Below, one piece after another: positions 1 to 6,722 of a stretch of DNA of 25,520 bases. The translations under genes and the position numbers were made by a program. Each line of letters starts with the position of its first letter. Within the stretch, counting starts at the first letter, position 1. Location of the stretch: contig JAEOSZ010000067.1 of NCBI GenBank assembly GCA_016840095.1, forward strand, positions 1 to 25,520, in the 5' to 3' direction. Source of the DNA: Candidatus Heimdallarchaeota archaeon (GTDB taxonomy: Archaea > Asgardarchaeota > Heimdallarchaeia > Heimdallarchaeales > Heimdallarchaeaceae). The notes beneath the pieces were generated by a model. It worked only from the letters and a program-made list of their open reading frames with translations. It was not told the DNA's origin and made no database searches.

Positions 1-63
1 TATAGGAAGGTTTTCGGTATGCATTTAGATGATGGCAGAATTGCACAGGAGGTAGGTGATTAA
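1..63 (+). CDS. 3' end of upstream gene, probably the partner subunit of a heterodimeric ABC exporter (partial)
   Basis: Frame 1 is open from the window edge (YRKVFGMHLDDGRIAQEVGD*). Its TAA (61-63) overlaps the next ATG (TAATG), and GGAGG/AGGTGA SD-like sites lie within it. YRKVF resembles the final helix of ABC exporter NBDs. Confidence 0.6.
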   Translation, partial: YRKVFGMHLDDGRIAQEVGD

Positions 64-1919
64 TGGGTCTGTTTAGAAGTTCAATGAGAGAAAAACATGA
101 GCGAAGTTACAGTGATAAGGAACTATTCAGTAGATATATCAAACGACTTGTTCCTTACAAGAGAAATATTGTATTAATCGCTATGTTCATGGTTTTTCAA
201 GCTATTGCAGCAGTAACTGCTCCTCTATTAGCTGGTTTTGTAACAGATGAAATGATGCTTCTTGCAAAGACAAGCAAAGTGTTCTCCTACCTTGAAACCT
301 CAGGAATTCAAATGCTTACTGTTAAACCTCGGTTTATGTTGGCAATTTTTGCAGCTTCAGGATTCTTAATCTTGTATATTTGCAATTGGATTGCATTTTC
401 ACAACAGCAAGTACAATCAGGAAAATATGTTCCATATTTCTTAGAAGATTTACGACTTGAGTTGTTTACTAAACTCCAAGAACAAGATATGACCTTCTTT
501 GATGAACATATGAGTGGAAAATTAAACAGTATAGTTGTCAATGATACATTGGACTTCAGCAACACTGCTATACTCATCAGCAATACTGTTGGTAGTCTAG
601 TTATTAGTTTTGGTACACTTGCCATTCTTTTTTACTTCAACTATGTTCTAGCATTAATAACTCTTGCAGCAATACCTGTCCTATTCTTGTTAATGTTTGC
701 TCTTCGAAATCTTGCAAAACGTGTTAGTGTATCTTACAGAAAAGCTATTGGAAGTGTAAATTCTGCAATGGTTGAAGCGATTGAAGGTATTCAAATTTCC
801 AAAAGCTTTGGTCAAGAACTTAACATAGCTAATCAATTTGAGGAAATCAACGAGAATTATTTCCGTGCTTGGATGCGTTTAACCGCTACTACTCATTTTT
901 GGAGACCTTTGCTAAACACAGTTACTTCTGTCATTTTGTGTCTTGTGTTATATTTTGGATTGGATATGGGAATTACTGCAGGAACACTAGTGATGTTTGT
1001 ACTTTATCTAGAAAGTTTCTTCCAACCTGTTATGCAATTAGCTAGATTCTTCCCAGAACTCAGTGCGGGAATGGCAGCTTTTGAACGTTGTTTGGGTATA
1101 GTTGATAGTAAACCTGTTGTTCAGCAGAATCCAGATGCACTAAATATTGATGAGATTAAAGGAAAAATCCAGTTTGATCATGTCAATTTCTGGTACGATA
1201 AAGATAATGTGATTTTTGAAGACCTAAATCTAACAATTCACAAAGGTGAAAAACTTGCTATTGTTGGTCACACGGGTGCAGGTAAGACTTCCTTGGTTTC
1301 CTTGCTCTCTCGTTACTACGAATATCAAAATGGAGAGATTCTAATAGATGGAAAGAGTATTCGTGATTATACGTTAGAATCATATAGAAAACAATTAGGT
1401 AAGGTGGAGCAAGATGTCTATCTGTTCCCTGGAACTATCAGAGATAATATTCGATATGGTAGAGAAGAAACAACAGATGAAGATATCTGGAGTGTATTAG
1501 ATATAGTACAAGCTAGTGGTTTTGTTCGAAGATTACCAGAAGGTTTAGAAACAAAAATTGGTGAGCGTGGGAGCGACCTCTCAGTAGGACAAAGACAATT
1601 ACTTAGTTTTGCTAGAGCAATACTCCTCAATCCAAGGGTACTCATTTTAGATGAAGCTACTTCAAGTGTGGATGCTTATACAGAAGCAATGATTCAGGAA
1701 GCTTTAGAAAAAATACTTGAAGACAGAACAGCTATTATTATAGCGCATCGTCTTTCAACAATAGTTAATGCTGATAGGATTATTGTGATGGAATATGGTC
1801 AAATAGTTGAAGAAGGAACACATGAGGAACTTCTAGCTGAACAAGGAAAATATGCCTCCCTTTATAATCAATACTTTGTTCATCAAAGTTTAGAATGGCA
1901 AGAACAGGTGATCAGTTAA
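63..1919 (+). CDS. ABC exporter, fused permease + ATP-binding subunit (MdlB/TM288-like half of a heterodimer)
   Basis: N-terminal multi-TM domain, Walker A GHTGAGKT, Q-loop VEQD, degenerate signature LSVGQ, Walker B ILDEATSSVD, switch IAHRLST. Confidence 0.95.
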   Translation: MGLFRSSMREKHERSYSDKELFSRYIKRLVPYKRNIVLIAMFMVFQAIAAVTAPLLAGFVTDEMMLLAKTSKVFSYLETSGIQMLTVKPRFMLAIFAASGFLILYICNWIAFSQQQVQSGKYVPYFLEDLRLELFTKLQEQDMTFFDEHMSGKLNSIVVNDTLDFSNTAILISNTVGSLVISFGTLAILFYFNYVLALITLAAIPVLFLLMFALRNLAKRVSVSYRKAIGSVNSAMVEAIEGIQISKSFGQELNIANQFEEINENYFRAWMRLTATTHFWRPLLNTVTSVILCLVLYFGLDMGITAGTLVMFVLYLESFFQPVMQLARFFPELSAGMAAFERCLGIVDSKPVVQQNPDALNIDEIKGKIQFDHVNFWYDKDNVIFEDLNLTIHKGEKLAIVGHTGAGKTSLVSLLSRYYEYQNGEILIDGKSIRDYTLESYRKQLGKVEQDVYLFPGTIRDNIRYGREETTDEDIWSVLDIVQASGFVRRLPEGLETKIGERGSDLSVGQRQLLSFARAILLNPRVLILDEATSSVDAYTEAMIQEALEKILEDRTAIIIAHRLSTIVNADRIIVMEYGQIVEEGTHEELLAEQGKYASLYNQYFVHQSLEWQEQVIS

Positions 1920-2048
1920 ATCATTATCCCTTACTAACTAATCCAGTATAACTCCGCTCTCTTTTTTTCAACCGAAGAAAAACTTAGTCAGTAGAATGAT
2001 TTACAGTACTTCTGTCATTTGGTTTATAAAAAATAGTCAAGATTAAGT

Positions 2049-2080
2049 AAAAAGAAGAGGAGAAATGAAATCCTCCTCTT
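2049..2080 (-). terminator. hairpin + T-tract, putative terminator of the minus-strand gene ending at 2148
   Basis: Perfect 8-bp inverted repeat AAGAGGAG (2055-2062) / CTCCTCTT (2073-2080) with a 10-nt loop, followed by CTTTTT on the minus strand. It lies between convergent genes. Confidence 0.5.
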
Positions 2081-2147
2081 TAAAGATTTTTCAAATTATT
2101 CTTTCTGTAAGTTAAGTCTAGTCTATCTATTTTTTCTACTTTGTATT

Positions 2148-2819
2148 TTAGTGCCAGCATTCTAGTATCTCAAATTGAATATTCCATACAATTGGAAGTG
2201 GAGCCCAACCATATATTGTGGTTGTTAAATAGTGCATTCCTACAGCTAATTCATCAGGTTTGAAGACCATTCCTTCACTCCACCAACAGACAGTAACATC
2301 TACATAACCAGCAGGGATTACAATATCTGTTCCTGGTATTGGATAATCTTCTGGAAAGACATAGTAATCAAACATACCTGGTTTTAGTGGTGTTTTGATG
2401 TCATCTTGTAGTACATCATCAAGCACGAATTCAATCTCAACTGTATCATATAATGCTTGGAACTCTTCGAGGCTTAAACCAAAGAAATCTATTTCCATTT
2501 GATAGAGTGTAGCTGTAACAGCTATCTGATGTGCATCATGAACACATAGATCCCACCAGGGGTTAAAATTTGCAAATATCTTGTCTTTAAATGCTATAAC
2601 TAGTGGCGAAGGAAACGGGCCATCAGGCCAATGTTTCTCAAACATATTGTCTATTCCAAGTCCCCTATATAAGATACCATAATCTCCATTTGAGATGAAT
2701 CCTGCCATGGCATCACCATAGGATACATGACTATAGGGTTTAACTGCTACGACTCCATTTACAAGTATCGTACCAACAAAGCAGAAAATCACGATTGATA
2801 GTAATTTTCCTTTTTTCAT
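2148..2819 (-). CDS. hypothetical secreted protein
   Basis: Signal-peptide-like N-terminus MKKGKLLSIVIFCFVGTILVNGVVA. Start moved from 2831 to the ATG at 2819 because GGTGA lies 5 nt upstream. The C-terminal part is beta-rich (..LAVGMHYLTTTIYG..IVWNIQFEI). No family recognised. Confidence 0.8.
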   Translation of the reverse strand: MKKGKLLSIVIFCFVGTILVNGVVAVKPYSHVSYGDAMAGFISNGDYGILYRGLGIDNMFEKHWPDGPFPSPLVIAFKDKIFANFNPWWDLCVHDAHQIAVTATLYQMEIDFFGLSLEEFQALYDTVEIEFVLDDVLQDDIKTPLKPGMFDYYVFPEDYPIPGTDIVIPAGYVDVTVCWWSEGMVFKPDELAVGMHYLTTTIYGWAPLPIVWNIQFEILECWH

Positions 2820-2880
2820 TGTTTTCACCATTCCTCAAAATTTTAACAATTTTAAGGAACAGTAACGTAAACCCATCCAC

Positions 2881-2917
2881 ATTATAAATGTTTTTCATGT
2901 GCTTATATATCACTACA
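2881..2917 (-). promoter_or_regulatory. promoter with TGTAGTGATWTATAA motif shared with the region upstream of gene 10443-10961
   Basis: TTATATATCACTACA (2903-2917) vs TTATAAATCACTACA (11042-11056), 14/15 identical. TATA-like TTTATAAT on the minus strand at 2881-2888. Confidence 0.55.
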
Positions 2918-3158
2918 ATATTTTTTTTATTTTGTCGAATCTTCCCACAAAACTGAGTTTTTTCTTTCTTTTTTTCCACTCGAAGTAAACCCTGCTCCAG
3001 TGGAAATAGAGTCTATCCCTTTTAATAATGTCTCATATCTAATAAGGTAGGTACCTGTTCAATTGTTTGCATTATACTGAAAATTTAGCTTTTATAAATC
3101 TCTGAGAAATAAAATGACATATACTTTCACATTACAGCTCTATTATTGCTTGTTTAAG

Positions 3159-3176
3159 TTGAGTTTTTATACTCAA
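3159..3176. promoter_or_regulatory. palindrome TTGAGT-N6-ACTCAA centred on a TATA box
   Basis: Perfect 6-bp arms flank TTTTAT. TTTATA (3166-3171) ends 28 nt before the ATG at 3199. Confidence 0.5.
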
Positions 3177-3198
3177 TTTCTATTATATACTGAGAGAA

Positions 3199-3567
3199 AT
3201 GGTTTGTCAAGCAATGATAAAGAAGAAGGTTGCTGAAGCACAGAAAATTACAGATGAAATTAAACAAAATATCGTAGATATACCAGAGGAAGAATTCGAT
3301 GATAAGCTTAATAAAATTGAAGAGCTCAAAGACGAAGCTCAAGAGAAATATGAAATAGAACATAACACTCCTTTTCCTAAAGAGAAAACTGCATTATTCG
3401 ATAGTCTTATAGAACAATGTCTTGAACTAGGAAATCGATTCAAGAAAAAAAGGAAGAGAAAAGGTATAATTATTGAAGATGATGAAACTGAGATGTATTG
3501 GTATTCTGCACCTAAAGAACAAGATGAAGAAGAGAAAAATAGAACTCTCTCTATTCCAAGTTTGTAA
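3199..3567 (+). CDS. hypothetical charged helical protein
   Basis: 122-aa E/K-rich ORF with an upstream TATA box and a basic run KKKRKRK. No family recognised. Confidence 0.75.
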   Translation: MVCQAMIKKKVAEAQKITDEIKQNIVDIPEEEFDDKLNKIEELKDEAQEKYEIEHNTPFPKEKTALFDSLIEQCLELGNRFKKKRKRKGIIIEDDETEMYWYSAPKEQDEEEKNRTLSIPSL

Positions 3568-3687
3568 TTAGAGTTTATGAGCATAGTTAATATTTTGTGA
3601 AAGGATATTGTCTTTATATATGAAATTCTTTGAATAACAATGCTGCTAAAGTTTAGTAAGCTAAAGGAATACTGCTGGTGATTATTT

Positions 3688-4602
3688 ATGCAAGGAGAAG
3701 TTCTAGATTTTTATAGAAAACATAGTGAATTAAGTGATCCTGGAAGATTTGCACATCATTTTGATGAACTTCCTGACTCTATTGAAGCTTTATGTAAAAT
3801 TGTTCAGAATGTTATCAGTCATATCTTCTGGATTAAGGAAGAAGAAAATTATGGATTTACACCTAAAGATGTTGTAGAAAGAGGTAGAGATCCAAATCAA
3901 GAACTTAACATGAGGTTTATCGAAGAGAAACTTGAAGCTTATTATTCCTTTGGTGAAACTCCTCTCACAGAAAAGAGAGAACACATTGACAGAGTTATCG
4001 GAAACTGTCGAGATTTTGCTTTGTTGTTAGTATCAATGCTTAGACACAAAGCTATTCCTGCTAGAGTCAGAAGTGGTGCAGCTAAGTATTTCTTTCCAGA
4101 CGATCCAAATCGTTTCGAAGACCATTACATTTGTGAATATTGGAAAGAAGATGAAGAGAGATGGATTATGGTAGACCCTCAGATAGATGAATTACAAAAG
4201 AAGGCACTCAAACTAGAAATGAATACTTTTGATATTCCTTATGACAAATTCCTTGGAGCTGGAAGAACTTGGCAAGAATTTAGAAAAGGTGAAATTGAAC
4301 CTACTAGATTCGGTATCTTTGAATGGAGAGGGGAAATGTTCGTTCTAAACAAACTTCTTATGGATCTAGCAAGTCTAAACAAAGTTGAGGTTCTTGCATG
4401 GGAGTGTTGGGGAATATGTTCAAAAGTTATTAACATCAAAAAACTAGGATATGGAATCTTTGATGAATTAGCTGAGAAGATATCCAAAGTAAACAACCCG
4501 GAAGTTTTTTCCGAGCTGAAAGAGTTATTTGAAAAAGATTCAAGCTATAAATTACCTGATAACTACAAGCCTAGGTTTATGAAATTCGATTTAGGTACAT
4601 AA
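3688..4602 (+). CDS. transglutaminase-like superfamily protein (Cys-His-Asp)
   Basis: GNCRDFALLLVSMLRHKAIPARVRSG, EDHYICEYW and WIMVDPQ give the core triad motifs. GGTGA SD at 3677-3681. Confidence 0.9.
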   Translation: MQGEVLDFYRKHSELSDPGRFAHHFDELPDSIEALCKIVQNVISHIFWIKEEENYGFTPKDVVERGRDPNQELNMRFIEEKLEAYYSFGETPLTEKREHIDRVIGNCRDFALLLVSMLRHKAIPARVRSGAAKYFFPDDPNRFEDHYICEYWKEDEERWIMVDPQIDELQKKALKLEMNTFDIPYDKFLGAGRTWQEFRKGEIEPTRFGIFEWRGEMFVLNKLLMDLASLNKVEVLAWECWGICSKVINIKKLGYGIFDELAEKISKVNNPEVFSELKELFEKDSSYKLPDNYKPRFMKFDLGT

Positions 4603-4656
4603 ACGCACATCTGCGAAAAGGTAATATAGTATTTCAATTCTATATCACAGATACTT

Positions 4657-5349
4657 ATGGAATGGTATGTAATATTGTGTATTATAGTTGGAGCACTTAT
4701 TATTGTTGTATTAGTCATACTAGCTTGGTATTTTTCCTACATAAACCCTAGCCCAACTGGAAAGATCACAGATAATATCTTTGTCGTTCGAACTGGAATT
4801 GTAAATAGCTATGTTTACATCAAAGATTCTACAAAGATTTTGATTGACACTGGAACTTCTGAAAAGAAGCTAGTAGAAGGTTTGTCCGAAATAGGGGTGG
4901 AGTTAAGCACAATTAATCACGTCTTTCTAACTCATAGTGATCCAGACCATATTGGTGGTATTTCACTTTTTGATCATGCAAATGTGAACTTTGGAGTAAA
5001 ATCTAAAATCAAAAATCCTGAGAAATATAATTTCCTTGATGATAGTGAGATAATTGATGTTCAAGGAATCAAAGTACAATCTATTAATACTCCTGGTCAC
5101 CGTTTAGGACACACTGCTTATCTTATTGATGATGAATTCTTATTTACAGGTGATGCCTTAAGATTGAAAAATGGTGAAGTTAGAACCTTCCTAAGATTTA
5201 TCAGCTTAGATTATGAAAAAATGAAACGAACCATTGAAAGTCTTGCTGAACTTGGTAATATATCCATCTTATTTACTGCTCATAATGGTTTTACAACTAA
5301 CTTCGAAAAAGCCATTGAAAAGTGGAGAAAGGTTAGAAGAAAAGATTGA
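4657..5349 (+). CDS. MBL-fold metallo-hydrolase with N-terminal membrane anchor
   Basis: LIDTG, THSDPDHIGG (HxHxDH variant), TPGHRLGH, FTGDAL, TAH, and a hydrophobic N-terminal helix. Confidence 0.9.
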   Translation: MEWYVILCIIVGALIIVVLVILAWYFSYINPSPTGKITDNIFVVRTGIVNSYVYIKDSTKILIDTGTSEKKLVEGLSEIGVELSTINHVFLTHSDPDHIGGISLFDHANVNFGVKSKIKNPEKYNFLDDSEIIDVQGIKVQSINTPGHRLGHTAYLIDDEFLFTGDALRLKNGEVRTFLRFISLDYEKMKRTIESLAELGNISILFTAHNGFTTNFEKAIEKWRKVRRKD

Positions 5350-5523
5350 GACTAAACAAAAAGTTGAACGAGTATCTCAAAAGATAGTTATTTCGTTGAA
5401 TCTTCTAAAATTATTATAAGATATCAATTTGTGAGCTGGCATTTTTTGTATTGTTAAACTAAACTTGATAGAATATATTTAAGAATAACAAATCTTATTG
5501 AATCATGAATAATAGGGATTACT

Positions 5524-5766
5524 ATGAGTGAATCCAGAATTTCAATCGATCCGGAAATTTGTCATGGCAAACCTTGTATCAAAGGAACAAGAATACCTGT
5601 ATATTTAATATTAGAAATGTTAGAACATGGTTTAAATTTTGATCAAATTCTTGAGGAATATCCTCAATTAGAAATTGATGATTTAAAAGCATGTTTGGAA
5701 TTTGCTAAGAGAATTATTAATAATGAGGAGATTTCACCAATTGTCGAAACTGGATTATCTGCTTGA
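5524..5766 (+). CDS. DUF433 family antitoxin
   Basis: ISIDPEICHGKPCIKGTRIPV..ILEML..G....ILEEYPQL...D..ACL.FA is the typical DUF433 pattern. Confidence 0.93.
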   Translation: MSESRISIDPEICHGKPCIKGTRIPVYLILEMLEHGLNFDQILEEYPQLEIDDLKACLEFAKRIINNEEISPIVETGLSA

Positions 5767-6094
5767 TGAAAATATATCTCATAAGACATTCAATAGATTA
5801 GCTAAAGAAAATCTTAAAGTAAAATCTGTAAGAACTGAAAATCTTCTAGGTATTAAAAATAGTGAATTAATTGAGCTATGCAGAAAAGAAAAATGGATTC
5901 TTGTGACTCATGATAAGGATTTTTTAACCACAACTATCAAGGATCATTTTGGTATTATTATAGTGAGTATCCATCCAGCTACTGATGATTTTGCAGGTTC
6001 AATTCTAATGAAATTCTTGCAAAAAGAAGAAGAAATCGAAATTGTTCATCGTACAATAATTCTAGAAGAAAGTACTTGGAGATACAAACAGTAA
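5741..6094 (+). CDS. DUF5615 (VapC45-like) PIN-fold toxin
   Basis: LLDENIS...ILVTHDKDF motifs; overlaps DUF433. Start proposed at TTG 5741, 10 nt after GAGGAG (5725-5730), rather than 5702. Confidence 0.85.
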   Translation: MSKLDYLLDENISHKTFNRLAKENLKVKSVRTENLLGIKNSELIELCRKEKWILVTHDKDFLTTTIKDHFGIIIVSIHPATDDFAGSILMKFLQKEEEIEIVHRTIILEESTWRYKQ

Positions 6095-6104
6095 GACATA
6101 ATGT

Positions 6105-6599
6105 TCAACCTGTTAGCTTTCCTATTTCTTTAGCCCATTTTACCATATCTTCTTCTTTCCAATTAAAAAGACTAAACTCTTCTGTATTGCCTTTCCTTAT
6201 CCAGCCACCAAAAACAGCTGTTGAGGTTGGTTCAATATTAGCATTTTTCTTCACTACATTATCTAGAAAACGTTTTTTGTTCTTTTCATACTTGTCCATT
6301 TCACCCTTTTCTAGTGCTGCATAAGTCAATGCTGCTGAGGATATAAAGACAAACAACTTCTTTCCACTAAAATCGTTCTTTAAGAATTTCTTAGCTCGTT
6401 TTGTCCAGCTAAACATAGCTACACTTGTTCCTACTATTATATTATCGAAACTTGAAAAATCTATATTTTCTGTTTCACTAGAAAGTTTTACAAGTTCTAT
6501 TTCATGGTTGAACTCTTCTTTGAGTGTTTTTGCGATTACTTCAGAAGACCTATGGGTTGCCCCATATCTAGTTCCAAATACAATTAAAGTTTTAACCAT
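6105..6599 (-). CDS. flavodoxin-domain protein (HemG/Flavodoxin_5-like)
   Basis: KTLIVFGTRYGAT FMN-phosphate loop, FDNIIVGTSV, AVFGG, C-terminal KWAKEI. The GTG at 6608 is part of an AGGTG SD, so ATG 6599 is preferred. Confidence 0.85.
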   Translation of the reverse strand: MVKTLIVFGTRYGATHRSSEVIAKTLKEEFNHEIELVKLSSETENIDFSSFDNIIVGTSVAMFSWTKRAKKFLKNDFSGKKLFVFISSAALTYAALEKGEMDKYEKNKKRFLDNVVKKNANIEPTSTAVFGGWIRKGNTEEFSLFNWKEEDMVKWAKEIGKLTG

Positions 6600-6684
6600 T
6601 TTTAGCACCTTAAATTCAGCAAAAAAAAGTGAAATATCCCATATTTAAGATTATACTTTCAAAGTTGATTCCATTTACTTAGCT

Positions 6685-6722
6685 TTATTAGTGTGTCTTG
6701 ATAGAATTTTATGATTGTAATG
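6685..6722 (+). promoter_or_regulatory. promoter/start region of peptidase A, duplicated at 8865-8902
   Basis: TTATTAGTGT-N12-TTTTATGATTGTAATG; 31/38 identical to 8865-8902 without gaps. Confidence 0.7.

Noticed and set aside
308-1645. Antisense ORFs 308-625 and 1418-1645, and similar shadow ORFs inside the transglutaminase, Isf, GGR, VIT1, nurA, herA, mre11, rad50, orphan, HAD and permease genes
   Set aside because: They lie opposite well-supported genes, have S/I/F/L-rich composition typical of reverse-frame shadows, and show no motifs.
2740-2979. 79-aa minus-strand ORF overlapping the start of the secreted protein
   Set aside because: It runs through the promoter motif and a low-complexity tract, overlaps a better gene out of frame, and has no recognisable features.
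2928-3059. Stop-to-stop minus-strand frame reading TGTYLIRYETLLKGIDSISTGAGFTSSGKKERKNSVLWEDSTK as a possible pseudogene fragment
   Set aside because: No credible start and no family resemblance that I can support.
3439-3462. KKKRKRK as a nuclear localisation signal
   Set aside because: The host is a prokaryote, and basic runs are common in AT-rich genomes.
5234-5419. 61-aa ORF overlapping the MBL 3' end (frameshift or TGA readthrough?)
   Set aside because: The MBL domain is already complete, and TGA 5347-5349 is followed by TAA one codon later, so Sec readthrough would add nothing.
5702-5740. Longer N-terminus of the PIN toxin as given in the ORF track
   Set aside because: It would overlap DUF433 by 65 nt. 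The family begins a few residues before LLDEN, and an SD precedes TTG 5741.
6076-6324. 82-aa plus-strand ORF after the toxin as a third TA component
   Set aside because: It is almost entirely antisense to the flavodoxin gene.
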